Source: Gekko japonicus
Lineage: Eukaryota
DNA length: 64,000 nucleotides
NCBI RefSeq assembly: GCF_001447785.1
Contig: NW_015162483.1
Location: forward strand, 470,729 to 534,728
Direction of reading: 5' to 3'
The notes below the pieces were generated by a model that did not search any database, was not told the origin of the DNA, and saw nothing but the letters and a program-made list of their open reading frames with translations. This document shows, piece by piece, positions 1 to 14,112 of the stretch (positions are counted from its first letter, which is position 1; each line of letters opens with the position of its first letter). The translations under genes were made by a program, and so were the position numbers.

Positions 1-2940
1 ATAACACCTTTAAAGCTCTTGATCTTCTTAATCACTGTTAAAAAAAGTTAAACCTTGCAATTTTCCTCTCTCTAGATGTGGAGGAAGTATTTGATTAAGT
101 GGAATTCCCTTATCTATTCTCTTTATTGCACTGTATATGGGCTTTGGTCAAAGATTTACATTGTTCATTAAAGCTTTATATACTTCTCCCACAACCAGGC
201 TAAAAATCAATGGATATCATTCCAACCCTACGCGCTTAACTGGGGCGGTCATCAAGGATGCCTATTATCCCCACAGATATTGACACTGGCAGTGGAATGC
301 CTAGCTAATGCAATCTGGTCAGATCCATCCATCTCAGATATCGAAATACACAAATCAGAATACAAAGTATCTTTTTTTGCTGATAACAGGTTATTATTTT
401 TAACCAATTCATCCCAATCCCTACCAGAACTCCAACAAATTCTCAACTATTTTTTGAGGTATTCAGGTTTATGCATTAACAATTCAAAGTCCCAACCACT
501 GCCAATCCATCTTAACCATACTGAGATAGTGCTCATAAAATGATCTTACAACTTCTAGTGGGTCACTTCCCCTTTGCCCTACTTGGGGATCAAGATACTT
601 CTGGGCCTTTCAGTCCTGTTAAAACTTAATCATTGTTGTATGCATAAAGACCTGATGATGACTATCATCAAATGGAACAAACTAAATGTAAATTGGACAG
701 AAAGATTAATTCTCCCCAAATTTATCTTCTTTTTTCACACTATCCTGATAAAAATTCCCATCTTGACCTTTAAAGGTTGGCAAAATACCCTGGTGTACTT
801 CCTATGGGTGGGGGAAAGACCCCAAATAAGTTTTAATATCTTACACAAATCCACCATCCAAGGAAGATTTAACCTTCCTGATCTTCATAATTATTACAAG
901 GCTATTCTACTACCCAACATAGTTAAGATGCTGCATATTTCCTCTCCTTCTGATTGGGTCTGATTCTACAATGACATGCTACATCCATGCACATTAGAGG
1001 ACATAATCTGGTCTAGTTGACACTCCTTACCCCAGAATATTATTCACAATGAATGTATCCATCTGTACATTTCTGGAAACTCAAGTGCAAATTCAAGTGA
1101 ATAACTTGTATTATCGACATATCCTCTAAACATTATCGACACATCCTCTAAATACAATATCTTAGAGAAATCTTCTATAGAACACAAATTGGACCATCCA
1201 TGGTTTATTGATATGCAGCTAAACCATATGTTCAGCCATCTCAAACTCTCTCACTTCCAGGGGTCATTTCGTAGAAAAAGAGGTGCAGGAGCTCATTAGC
1301 ATAACTCAGTAGCATGACTTATTTGCATATGCCACACCCCCTTACATCACCGGAAGTGTGTCAGAAGGCAACATCCACTGTTTTGGATTGCTAGCTATTG
1401 GGGGGGGGGAGAACGTGCAGATCTGTCCTCACAGAAGAGGGAGAGCTTGTACCTGAATAAAACTTGGTCTTAAAGGTGCCACTGGACTGTTTTGGACTGG
1501 GGGGCCGGGGGAGCTCTGCAACTTACCTGGCTGCATCTTGCTCTGACTGAGGGCTGCTGGGAGCAGGGGATGGGGCTTGTTGCATGTGCCTGCCCCCTGG
1601 GCTCTTTACTGCTGGAGCTCCACTCCTGTGCGCTCCTGCAGGAAATGACCCCTGCTCACTTCCTAGCCAATAAACAGACTGAACTAGAACACATTCTACA
1701 CACTTATGGTACTCAGAATCATGGCTTAATCTCAGCTCTTTACACCCTTATTTTAAAGGAACCCCATCCTAAACTCTTACTTTATCAGCTTGACTGGCAG
1801 AAGGATTGTGATGGCCACCTTGACAATGAGGTATGGACAGGTTTATGGACTTCTGCTTGCTTTAACTCTTCTATCATCTCTGTTTGACTTCAAACCCTGA
1901 AACTTATGACATGTTGGTATGCCACACCATGCAAGCTTTCATACATATCCTCCTCACAGTCCCCATATTGCTGGAAAGGATGTAATCAGATTGGAACATT
2001 TGCCCACTGCTGGTGGCACTGTGATAAAATTCATAAATTTTGGAACACCATCCTTTCTCACATTAAATCAATCACTAATGTTATAGTCCCCTTCACTCTG
2101 GAAACTCTTTTTCTTGACCACTGGCCAGATAATCCTCCACACTGACAACATAAAGACCTTATAAATAACCTGTTGGTCTTGGCTAAAACAGCAATAGCCT
2201 CTTATTTGAAGGATGACAAACCGCCCACTATAAAAGTCTGATTCTGCAAGCTGTGGGATCACTACCTCATGGCTTTTGTCACTGAGTAAATTTCACACTG
2301 CAATGCTCAAATCGTTCCACCTTTGATGACAAATAGTTTCCAATTTTAGACTTATCTGTCCCCAAACCAATATTTCTTCCGAATGGTCTCAAGTACATAA
2401 ATGGGTGCAATGATTTAACTCTACCTAGGAACAATACTCTAAGACTGTCTTGCTCCTCCTCACCTGCATTGCTGTACTATAACATTATTATGTTCATACC
2501 AAATCATACATTTTCTTTGAAACCTGAATTATGTCTGAAACCCAATTCATAGTGTTTTGGTAAATATCCTGATTTCTAATTTCTTCATTTATGATTTGTA
2601 CAATGTGGATCTATAACTGTATATCATACTTCTTCAATTTCTCTTCATCAAGCCTCAATTAATGCCTTTTTTATATGTTGACTCTCATACAATATTGGAA
2701 TGAATTTACAGTTTCATTTTTGTGGCAACGTATTAGATAAGTTCCATGCCACTTTAATGCTTTACAAATATCACCTATTTAATTGATTGTATGCACTCCT
2801 CCATGTGTTGATAACTTACACGACATCATACCTACTCTGTATTAATATCTCCTTCTCAATGTTCATGTTCTCAAACTATTGTTATTGTAATATTTGCTAT
2901 TGTTAACTCTTTATTACATCAATAAAATTGACATTAAACT
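1..2940 (+). mobile_element. Decayed L1-clade LINE: ORF2 RT to C-terminal zinc knuckle and 3' UTR
   Basis: Frameshifted L1 ORF2 motifs: LSLDVEEVFD, QGCLLSP..LAVE.LA, YKVSFFADN (YADD equivalent), PYLGI, and CWKGCNQIGTFAHCWWHC.KI.KFW; AATAAA at about 2921. Confidence 0.9.
1258..1654. mobile_element. Non-autonomous hAT element (MITE) inserted in L1
   Basis: 13-bp TIR CAGGGGTCATTTC/GAAATGACCCCTG; perfect 8-bp TSD CTCACTTC (1250-1257, 1655-1662). Confidence 0.92.
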
Positions 2941-5494
2941 TTTTTTAAAAAGGCCTGATGGAGGGCATGCCCTGAACAAGCCATCACTTGCTGGATGGTG
3001 GGATCAGGCTTGGGAAAGAGAGCCTTTGGTTCTCCGCAACATCTTCCTGAACCTGGTAGTGGCTTAACAGTGCATAAGGTTCAGGGGCTGGGACCTGTCA
3101 GGTCTCTGTGCAGGCAAGGATAAACAAGGCTGGCAGTTGCTGCTGGTCAAGTGTGGAACCAGGGTGGTCTTGCCAGAACAAAGACAGACATGGAGAAGCT
3201 GCCAAGTGCAGCCTACCCTCAATTAAATATTAGCATAATTAATTGATTATTTAGATCAGCAGATCTGAATAAATTTAAATAAACTAGTTAAGCCCGCACT
3301 GTTGACTTGAGTCTTTATTTGGGTACTGGGCAAAGATCACTACAGTGATAAACTAAGTTGACATTAAAACCATCGTGAGAGTGTAGTTTATCATTTTCAC
3401 GACCTGACTCTATATTTAATCGAGTGTTCTGTTTACAGGCTCAGCCTTGATTTTGTGTTTAAAAAGAAAATAAAATGCTTTCTTTTATTTGTCACCACAG
3501 TGCAGTCAACATTTGAGAACTGAGCCAAACCCACTGAAGTTAATGGAGAGGTTCCAATTCATTACAGGGGCTTTGGGATGAGAATCTGTCAGAATATGAG
3601 TTGGAAGCTTTTCTGTTTTGTGTTTGATCAACATAATTTTCAAAAGAAATTCCCAGGGACCTAATTGATTGTATCTAGTTCAAGTTAAGCATTTTAAATA
3701 GGTAGTACTTATTTTTTTTTAAATTAACTATTTAAAAAGTAACCTGAAATGTAACAGTGAGATGTGCTAGTAAAATGAGTTAGAGTCGATGCTCAACATC
3801 CAACATAGATCAATGAACAAGTTATTTGATTGAGGGGCCCCAAAAATGGAGGCAAAGAGCACATTCGAAGGCAATTCAGCCATATGATGGTGTGAAGCTT
3901 CAAGACTGCATTTCACCCTTTTCCCCGTAACTTCCCTATTCCCTGTAATTTCACTTGAAGAGCTGGTCTCTGTTAAACCTAGGCTTGTGGCTTAGCTGAA
4001 GTCTGGACTCTTTTTCTCAGAGAGATCATTTCCTAACTCATATTTTTAGAATGTTCATTTTTTACTATCTCAAAATTCACCTGTTGCTCTGAATTCATAA
4101 CTACCAAGGCTGGCTTAGCCCCATAATGGGTCAGCTAATACTAATTCATAGTTTCCATGTAACATTCACCATTTCATCCTTCTCTGTAGTGTGAGATTTA
4201 AAAACAAACCAACAAAACAAAACCAAAATAACTATATTTATTAAAATATGTTGGCATGCATGTGACAGTTCTGCTTAGGAAAGTATGAAGCTTTTCGGTA
4301 GCCTAAGGGGCCTTTCTCCAACACAACCAGCTCTTTTGGAGGAAGGCTTCAGACCTTCCTGAGCAGAGTGGCAGATGTCTATATACCTCTATATCTACAT
4401 CTATATATAGATACAGATATATATCATGGTGACTGTCAACATCCACTGCAAGTGGTATGCTTTTGCCAGACACCTGCTTTCCTAGTATGTGTAGCAACTG
4501 AGTGCCAAATTGCACTTCTTTCTGTTTCTTTGCTACAGCTGTTTCTGATAAATGATGCTGAGTAGCATAGCAGTTGCATGCATACTCTTTCTCAATTCAG
4601 CCATGATAGGCATGATATAGAGCAAAATAATTGTATTAAGGGGCTGATCGGGGGGCATCAGCATGCAGCAGGAGGGCAGATGATATCAGGCTGGAAGGGC
4701 ACAGACAAGAAAAATGTGAAGTTGCCCCTCCTCGGTTTTCGAGGTATGATACCATTACTGATAATCTCTGTTAATAATTTAGCTTCTTAAGGATATATCA
4801 CATAAACAGTATATCAGGAAAAGATTTGTGGCTACTAAGAATTTTATCCTGCTTGATTTCATATTCTGAAGCATTCTTTCTTTTTGAAGGCTACTTTCCA
4901 TTTTCTGAATAGCTAACAGGCAAAACCCCCAGAAATGATGCATTAGCTATTGCAAAGAAATATTATGAAGGAAAATACATATTTTATGTAGTATACATTG
5001 AAAATATTGTGAGATTCATCACTATGAATGAGTAGTCAGGAACTGGACAAAAACGTTTTTTTTAATGACTGCAGATCTCTCTCTCTCTCTCTCTCTCTCT
5101 TCATTTGCAGGGGTGAAAGCTGAAATAAGTGTTCTGCAGATGGTGGTGGCAGTAATAAAAGAAGGCAATTTGGTAGTTTGAATTTGGGTGACAGACACAG
5201 AGAGCTGTAAGTGTGCTGTAGGTGAAACACCTGGAGGTGTAGGGATATGCTCTCTCTCTCTCTCTCTTTGTCTGCAGATCTGAAAAGTTTGTTTACTTAG
5301 ACCTTCTTGTATATTTGCCAGTAAAGAAAATATTACAGAAATACCATATCTCTATGATGTTGTGTGCTCATCTAAAAGAAGGTAAATTAGTTACTGTTTC
5401 CACTAGAACTCTCACCTCTCAGAAATGGGGAACATGTAACATTGGTGTCAGGGATGAGAGCCAATGTTTGAATTCCCACACTAGGACTTGGGAG

Positions 5495-6179
5495 TTGTTG
5501 TTGTTCAGTCGCACAGTTGAGTCTGACTCTTCGCGACCCCATGGACCAGATCACGCCAGGCCTTCCTGTCTTCCGCCGTCCTCTGAAGTTTGCTCAACTT
5601 CATGTTCGTTGCATCTATGACACTGTCTAACCATCTCATCCTTTGCCGTCCCCGTCTTCTTTGACCTTCAATCTTTCCCAGCATCAGGGTCTTCTCCAGT
5701 GAGGACTCCCTTCTCATTTGGTGGTCAAAGTATTTGAGCTTCAGTTTCATTATCTTGCCTTCCAGGGAACAGTCAGGGTTGATTTCTTTTAGGATTGACT
5801 GATTTGATCTTCTTGCAGTCCAAGGGACTCTCAAGAGTCTTCTCCAGCACCATAGTTCAAAAGAATCTATTCTTTTGCTCTCGGCCTTCCTTATAGTCCA
5901 ACTCTCGCAGCCATACATGACTACTGGGAATACCATTGCTTTGACCATGCAGACTTTTGTTGGCAGGGTGATGTCTCTACTTTTTATCATGCTGTTTAGG
6001 TTCGCCATCACTTTCCTCCCAAGGAGCAGGTGTCTTTTAATTTTATGGCTGCAGTCACAGTCTGCAGTGATCTGGGATCCCAGGATCGTGAAGTCTGTCA
6101 CTATTTCCGCGACTTCCCCTTCTATTTGCCAAGGAGTGATGGGGCTGGATGCCATGATCTTAGTTTTTTTGATGTTGAA
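5495..6179 (-). mobile_element. BovB (RTE clade) LINE 3' fragment
   Basis: ORF 5505-6257 gives the BovB C-terminus (KTKIMAS..., FELWCWRRLLRVPWTARRSNQSILKEI, GRQRMRWLD); (CAA)n tail at 5495-5506. Confidence 0.95.
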
Positions 6180-6290
6180 ATGTTTAAATGCCCCATTCAG
6201 CCATGAAACTAGTGAGGGTGACCTTGGGTCAGTCACTTTCAGCTGAACCTGTGTCAAATGACATATATTGCCCTGAGCTCATTGGGGAAC

Positions 6291-6315
6291 NNNNNNNNNN
6301 NNNNNNNNNNNNNNN
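6291..6315. other. Assembly gap
   Basis: Run of N. Confidence 1.
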
Positions 6316-8190
6316 GAAAGAGTTGGATAAAAATGTATTGTTTCCTTGAATAGATTATTTTTGCAGGGTGCTTTTTGGTTTTGGTATTTTAATGTTACTA
6401 ATTTTAGTTATGACAGTTGTCAATATTTTATGTGTTTTATATGTTTTGTTGTGCATTTTTGCAAGCTGCCTCAAGTCCCTATATAGTATGAAGGATAGAA
6501 ATACTTTTAAAATATGGAGGGGGCAACTTGTTAGTTACCTAAGAATGACTAAATAACAATTGCAATAAAAATTAAGCATAGTACCACAGCAACGGTATGC
6601 ATAAAAAAGCAAAGGAACCTAAAATTAGGTGGTACTCTAATTTTTCTCAGGAACTACAGGAAGTCAGATTTTTTTAAATTGAATACATTATAGTTTAACC
6701 AGCTTTTCCATGCTTTTTGAAGGTCATATCCAATGTTATAGTGTTCTTGCTACACAGTGACCTGATGCAGCATTGCATTTGGCCAAAAAATATTTTAAAT
6801 TATATCTAAATATTACTGATACACATTCTAGCATTAGGAGGGGAAAACACCCCTCTGCAGTACTCTTCATATTTACAGCTATCTTTAGAAAATGATGTTT
6901 AACATGGTGAAATTTCAAACCAAGCCTGGAATTACTGTCCAAATTGAATTTCAGTGGATCAAAATATTTTAATCGAGTAACCCCATATAAAGTGCATTGG
7001 GAAATAATTTTGTTTAGATATTTAAATGAGTGGAGAGAAATATGAATTTATAATAAAAAAGCTAAAGTGGCAGCTACTTCTAAAAATAATTTTGTAATGA
7101 CTTGCAAGTTATACCAGACTAATATGCAATTTCAGCTTTGCAAAAAGGCATAGTTTATTTAGTCATTAGTATAGAAAGACTCTTTACATGCTTCCAAGGA
7201 CTATTATGTAAGTAAGCAATTACAGTCCTTTTTAATCAAATATTTAACAACTTGAAAGGGGGGAGGACTTCAAAGGAACTAATCCACTGTTGCTTTCCAA
7301 ACAAAACAGTGTTCCATAATTCAATCAATTCAAATGCCAAATGTTACATCAAATATTTACTGAACTGGACAGCTCACACCTGTCCGCTATTTTCCTGCTT
7401 ATGGAGGCATCTAAAATGAGTCCACTACATTTACATTTAAATGATTATACCATATATTCAATATTTAAACTTTAACTGGGGGAAACTGTGTATTAGATGG
7501 CTCAATATATACACATCATAACTGAAAGGCAATACAAATATGTTATGATTTGTGAATGGCTTAGAACTTGCAGAATCCTGAATCTACAAAAGATGTGACT
7601 TGGGTTTATGCTGAAACAGTACAGAAGAGCTGGTGCAGATGTTCATGGCTGCATGCAAGGGGGAGAATTGGATGTGTAACTTCGCTTGCCATGAAATGCT
7701 ATGCTTCACAAGTCTATGCCACCAATAATTACACTGCTTCAGAAGGATTAAAGTGGGTACCAGAAGAAAAAGATGCCTAATGCCTGTGGTTTTCTATGTG
7801 TGGAGACCTGGCAGAGCTCACATTTTTATTGGGACTGGATAATTCCCTATAGCACCAACATAAAGGCTAAATGGTACATCGCTTTTGGTATCTGCGACCA
7901 CCTAGGGTTTCTTACTTTACTCTGTGACTTTTTTGTGGGGTTAAAAAGCAGATGAGAGAGATGATCAACAATTTCAAGTGTGATGCATAATATGGCCTAC
8001 AGTAAACAATACTGGTAGTAATGAATTAATCAGATTATTGTGTTTCAAATCCATTAACATTTTCATGAAATAACTTAATTGCTTGATCATTATATCTTGT
8101 GTTTTGCATTTTATTTAACATCAGAATTTCATACAGCTGAATATTAACATTTTATATCTCAAAGATTAAAAGGTGAACAAAATAATTTAT

Positions 8191-8721
8191 GGCTGCGGTC
8201 ACACGCAACATTAGCCACGCAAGAGATACGGAAGACAAGCGGAGTTTCCGGTCGCGATCTCACCAGCACATCTGGGAAGCGTAGTGCTTCCGTGGCACAA
8301 CTGAGGCTTCCTGCCGAAAAAGCGCAGCAAAAAACTAGTACCTTGGAGGTACTAGTTTCCAGAAACTGCGGGGCAAGGGCGGGCGTCTGATCGCGTTTCC
8401 AGTGGTATCCGGCGCCCGCCCATGTCCCCTTGCGGAAAAGGGTTTTTTTTCCCCCACGTCTCCGTGGATGCGCACACGCACCCAACGGAGCATGCGCATT
8501 CGTAGTGTACACAAAAAAAGAAAACCAGTTCGCCGCGCCGCGCGCTTCTTCATTGCGCGCAGGCGTGTGTTGTGATCGGCACCTCTCCCTTGCCATGGAA
8601 CCTCCACAGTACCTCCACAGAACCTCCACAGTAGGTCTGATCGCTTTACTGCATGTTAGTTTGCCCCGGGGCAAACAGCCACACTTCTCCTCTGCAGTTT
8701 CCTGTCCGTGTGGCAGGGGCC
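8191..8721. mobile_element. PIF/Harbinger-type MITE (GGCyyyGGTCACACG family)
   Basis: Imperfect TIR GGCTGCGGTCACACG/CGTGTGGCAGGGGCC; 3-bp TSD TAT on both sides; CpG-rich; homologous to copies at 35447, 36888, 37426 and 55005. Confidence 0.8.
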
Positions 8722-8869
8722 TATACAAAAATATAATAAAACAATACAACAGTATTATATTGATTGCAAAAAGCATTAAATGGATTCTGCTTTTAGTGGT
8801 TTTTAAATCTTAGTGGGATTTGGAAAACAAAAAATGGCAGCATCTGGCCTATTAGGACCATGAGCAGGC

Positions 8870-9151
8870 CAGGCCCATAGCTATGGTGGGGCCTACCAGG
8901 ACCCGGCCCTCCGACTTCCTCCCAAGGCCCCACAACTTTTGAGAAGAAGCGGGGAGAGGCCGCACATGCCTGCACTCCAAACTGCAAATTAGCAGATTGG
9001 AGTGCAAGTGTGTGGCTCCCTGCTTCTCCTCCAAAGAATTTAAAGGGTCCTTTAAATGCATTGCAGGAGAAGCAGGGGCTGCACATGAATTAAAGTACCC
9101 CCTGAGTTTTTAAAAGGCCCCCCAAAATTAAAAATCCTGGCTACAGGCCTG
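8870..9151. mobile_element. hAT-type MITE
   Basis: TIR CAGGCCCATAG/CTACAGGCCTG; 8-bp TSD GAGCAGGC/GAGCTGGC (7 of 8). Confidence 0.8.
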
Positions 9152-9364
9152 GAGCTGGCAAGTTCTTATTGCTGCTCTGGGCTGGGGTCATGGCTGTTTG
9201 GCCCAGTCAGCCAGCCAAGGTATCTGTTTTCCTGTGAACACAGTGAAGAAGAGAAGGAAATGGGCAATAAAACAGCAATAAAAGCAGGTCCCTCCAACTG
9301 AAGTCAGTGGCCCAGCAAATGGAATAGGAGGCACATCAGGGAATTTTACTGGGGAATACTTCTG

Positions 9365-9598
9365 GTGTCTCAGAGTGGCTTACAAACTCCTTTCCTTTCC
9401 CCTCCCCACAACAGACGCCCTGTGAGGTAGGTGGGGCTGAGAGAGCTCTGACAGAAACTGCTCTTTTTTCAAGAACAGCTCTTATCAGAACTACGGCTTG
9501 CCCAAGGTCATCCAGACAGGTGCAAGTGGAGGAATGGGGAATCAAACCTGGTTCTCTCAGATTAGAGTCCGCGCACTTAACCACTACACCAAACTGGC
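9365..9598 (-). mobile_element. tRNA-derived SINE (Squam3-like)
   Basis: Minus-strand head GCCAGTTTGGTGTAGTGGTTAAGTGCGCGGACTCTAATCT..GGTTTGATTCCCC with Pol III A and B boxes; same family as 58720-58990. Confidence 0.85.
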
Positions 9599-10510
9599 CA
9601 AACTGGTCTCTTGTTGAATCTTTCCCCCCCATTTCAAAAGAGTACCTTTGATCAGGGATGTTTGCAGCAAAAGCCTATTCTTTAAAAATGGCAACTGAAA
9701 CAACTTCAGCATAATGAGAATTGAGTATTCTGTAGACCTTCCAAGTGAGGCTGGATGTAGTATACCTAAAAGACAACATACCTTTTATTTTTAGCTAAAG
9801 ACCATTCTGAGATACGGTCTTGAACAAGGGATATCCCCAGTTTTCACCATTGTAAAGCTCCTACAACATTGTTTGAAGAAAAAAACATCTATGCCCACAT
9901 ATTCAAACTGTTCGACATTCACTATTATTCCCTTCTTCAGCTCGATCAGAAGTACCTGGAAGAGATCATGGTATGTCTCATTGGATGTCTTGTCACAGCT
10001 GCACAATGTGAACAGAGTTTGTTTCTTAGAAGTCTTGTTCACAAAAAATCTCTAGCTTTAGGTCAGACTTCTTGTTTGGGCAGCTGGTGATGAAAAAGTG
10101 TAAATGGCAATAGTTGAAATACAATCCAGGCTGCTGGATCACAAAGTTTCCATCATCATACTCATGCTGTAGAGAATACCATCTTTGATCCATCTTAGTT
10201 GGGACCAGTCAATTGGTTTTAATACTTGAAGATATTCAGCAGCTTCCTCAAATGGCAAAGTCTTCATAGAACTCATGGTAGGTTTTGTTTTATTATGTAG
10301 GCTATGCTGTCCTTTCACACTGTGGACAGGATCTAGCACATTATTAGCCATTGACTTATCTCCTTTATGATAACCAGGAGAGTGATTCAAATTTTATCTC
10401 ATGGCGGAAGGCAGTCCAGTCCACTGAATCACATGGTGTCAGGGATACTGTAGTTTCTGCTTTTGTGGAGATCTAAATATGATTGCTGTATTTGGCTAGT
10501 TTCATCAATA

Positions 10511-13279
10511 CAATACAATACAATACAAAAACCTTTATTGGCATATAAAATCAGTAAAGCTAAAATTACATCTATAAATCTTAGAACACACCAATATTAA
10601 GAATAGTTTCAGTCAGCACGGTGCGGCGAAGGGTGGCTCTCATTTGCTCAGAGCCGCCCGACCCCTTTTTGTTACTTTTGGAGCCTCCCGGTTGCCGGGA
10701 GAACTCCACCAGACCTCCCGGAGAGAGAACTGGAGCAGGGGGCTCTGTTCTGACTCCTCCTGCAGCTGGCAAATGCGGGGGAGTGTCCATTATTGCCCCG
10801 AAGCAGGGGCGACTTGTGGGGTGGAGCATGGACACCATGTTCTACGTAGCTGCAGCCACCCATTTTAACCATGTTTGGATTAAAAACTTCAAGTATATAA
10901 CACAGAAGAAGAAGCCCAAGAAGTGAATTTGTGAGTACAACTACTTCTAACTTCTAAGTAGAGAAAGAAGGGGACCATCTTACTTTTTTTTATTGCATCT
11001 CATCAGAATTGGAATATGACGAGTGGGACCTTCTTTCTATTCCAGAGCCTAATTCAAAGGTCAGTGAGATTGGAAGATGGTCGCTCTCAGTGCGGTCACT
11101 AATACAAAATCTGGTAATACTGTCTCTCAGTTCAAGGGAAGAAATTGTGTAATCTATCACACTACATCCTTGAGAAGAGACAAATGTAAAGGATCCATTA
11201 GGGTCTAAATGAGAACCATTCAGAATACCCAAATTTAATTCAGTGCGTATATCTGCTACCAGATGGCCTGCCATATTAACAGTAGAGTCTTTAGAGGTCC
11301 TAGGTAGTAAAAAAGGTAGTGGAGTAGAATCTAAATCTTCCCAATTCAATAAAACAATTAATTGTTCATTACTAGAACCAAGTCTTGCATTAAAATCCCC
11401 TAAAAAGGAGTAGCATCACCCTGGGGTGTTTTGCAACTGTCTTACTTAAGAACTCCTTTAACCTATTCCAATGGCCTAAGGTAGAATTATTATCAAAAAG
11501 GGGTGGTACATAAACATTCCAAATGTTGGTTGTTCAGGTCTAGTCAATCTAATTCAGCTATATGATTCAAGACTGGATTATCTTCTGAGCATATACATCC
11601 ATTAAACACCTCCTGGGTTGTACTGTGGGGTGAGTGAGATTGTACAATAGAGTTGTTTTCATTTAAAGGGGATGCTTTTACAGGGTCATTGGTAGATAGA
11701 TCAATGCCATTCCTAGCAGGATGAGTAAAAGTCTGTTGGGAAGAAGCCAAAGAGCTCACTCTTTCAAAGGGGCATGTACATATACATGCCGTAGGAGACT
11801 TGGGGACCGATAGGTCTGTCATAGGTAGCTCATCTAGAGGCATCTCAGCATCAATAATTGATTGAGGTTTCAAGTTTTTAATCTCTTGTAGTTTACAGGT
11901 CCTGGTGGTCAGTCTATCAGTAGTTATTAGATAGTTAGACAGAGGGCACACAGGTCCTGGGGTCCACAAGAACTATAAGGTCTTGTTGATTTCCTTGGTC
12001 AGCACAAGGGGTATGTGTTGTACATAGAAACTGAGGGTTTAAATCGGGTGTTCTTGAATCATCCTGGGATGTTAAATTCATGGTTGTCACCACATCCTTT
12101 AGCAGCATTTCCTGTGGAGACGGGTGCAGTTCTGGTTCAATAACTCTTTTCTTGCACAAAGGGTGAATAATAGAGTTATGGAAAACTCAAGAGGGAAAAA
12201 TCCCTTTAGATTGTAGCATCCCTTTCTTCACAAAAATCAGAGAGGGAATTTTTTGGGAGGAAAAAGTGATCATAACTCTTTGGGCCTGGTGCAGAGGGCT
12301 GAGAGAAGTATCCAATACATCAATCTCTGATAGTTTTAACTTGAGGAGGGTAGAAAGATGAGCTCTTGTTCTAGAAGCACCCAACCAGTTAGGAGTTTGT
12401 TTCCAGTGACCACAGACAGTAAGGCATACTTTCCTTGGTTGGTAGATGAGCTGGTAGAAGTTATTATTTGAAGGTTTCCCATGGGAGTTAACATGCTCAT
12501 GACTCTTCGTAAAGGCTTGCCTTAAACTGCCCAGGGCTCCCAGGGGGCTTTGAAGGTGTAAAGTGTCCACAATTGTTTGTTAAAAATTTGGCAATCTTTG
12601 TGGACAGGCATTGGATCTGTGAAAGTATATTCTGGGTTCCTTGAAATATGCATTCCACAGTTCTAGCAATCAGAATTAGCAGAGGATCTTCCATGGGCTG
12701 ATGAGCCTCCTCGGAGGGAGGGCAACATACCCTACTATCACCCTCCAGAGCCCCAGAGGTCTCAGGGGATTGTTCTAACATCTCACAGCTGGAGTCCAGT
12801 AAAGCAAAATGATTAGTCGTTTCCACAGCATACACAGGTAAAGACTGGGTGCTTTTTCCCACTCTAGTATCGTTGCCAGCCGGGTAAAAGAGATCACCAA
12901 TTTTAGATTGTCTAGAAACTGGTAAAAGAGAAATCTCCTCCGAGTCTCTCTGACGCTTTTCCTGAGGCATAATAAACACAGGCTTCAATGCAAGCGAAAG
13001 TTAGTTAATTAGTTCTCCACAGTCATAAATCATTTCTTCACTAGCTTCACTCCCAAATTTTTCAGATAAGGATTCCACAGTTCTTGGTATCAAAATACAC
13101 CAACATCTACTTAGCAGTTAGCTGTAGCCGTGCACAGTCAGCTTGGATAAAAGATATTATTCCAGGATGTATCATTAAGTACCTTGTTTCCTGCATTGGT
13201 TGGACATACAGTTAAAAGCTGCTTGCAACAATTAAAACAGTTAAACAGATGGAGTACCGGAGAATAATCTTGGGTGTGT
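10511..13279 (-). mobile_element. RTE-X-like LINE with ORF1 and APE endonuclease, RT region internally deleted
   Basis: 20-bp TSD TTTGGCTAGTTTCATCAATA (10491-10510, 13280-13299); AATAAA plus (ATTGT)n tail; APE motifs GDFNA, SVIDY, SDHLP in 10990-11410. Confidence 0.8.
10615..10857. mobile_element. Truncated GC-rich MITE (one terminus only) at the deletion junction of the LINE
   Basis: Abrupt GC/CpG-rich block ending ...CTACGTAGCTGCAGCC, a Harbinger-like terminus; left TIR not found. Confidence 0.4.
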
Positions 13280-13764
13280 TTTGGCTAGTTTCATCAATAG
13301 TCTGCTGGTTCTCTATATTTTGGGAGATGTTTCTCACTGAAGAGCAAAAGGAAGTTTGAGCCATCCTTCTAACTGTTCTTTTATTGCTGACCATTTTCCT
13401 GGTTTAACTCTCTATTGAGCTTACTTCTCCATTTGGTGTCATAGGAAGAGATAATTTTGCTGGACCATTTTCAATTTTATGAGGTAATTCATGGGGTAGT
13501 CATAAAGATCTTGATGAGTTAGTAAGGATTCTGTTGAAGGTAACTGTTCCTGAGCCACCATCAGTAGATGTCCTATCACCTGTGCTTTGTATTAATGGAT
13601 GAAGAGCCTCATCAACAAACTCTGGTGACTGAAATTTCAAACAGTGTGAGAAATTTGTGCATTTTAATAACATTTGTGGAATAGTTGGTTGCAAAAAAGT
13701 GAGAAGCAATCTCACCCCTGACCACAAATTCACCAGCTTTTAAACTTTAGTAAGATCTATAAGG

Positions 13765-14112
13765 AAAAGACTCTTGAGAGTCCCTTGGACTGCAAGAAGA
13801 TCAAGTCAATCAATCCTAAAAGAAATCAACCCTGACTGTTCCCTGGAAGGCCAGATAATGAAACTGAAGCTCAAATACTTTGGCCACCAAATGAGAAGGG
13901 AGCACTCACTGGAAAAGACCCCGATGCTGGGAAAGATTGAAGGTCAAAGAAGACGGGGACGGCAAAGGATGAGATGGTTAGACAGTGTCATAGATGCAAG
14001 GAACATGAAGTTGAGCAAACTTCAGAGGACGGCAGAAGACCGGAAGGCCTGGCATGATCTGGTCCATGGGGTCGCGAAGAGTCGGACTCGACTGTGCGAC
14101 TGAACAACAACA
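13765..14112 (+). mobile_element. BovB 3' fragment
   Basis: RVPWTARRS...KSRTRLCD; ends CTGAACAACAACAA; probable 6-bp TSD ATAAGG. Confidence 0.95.
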
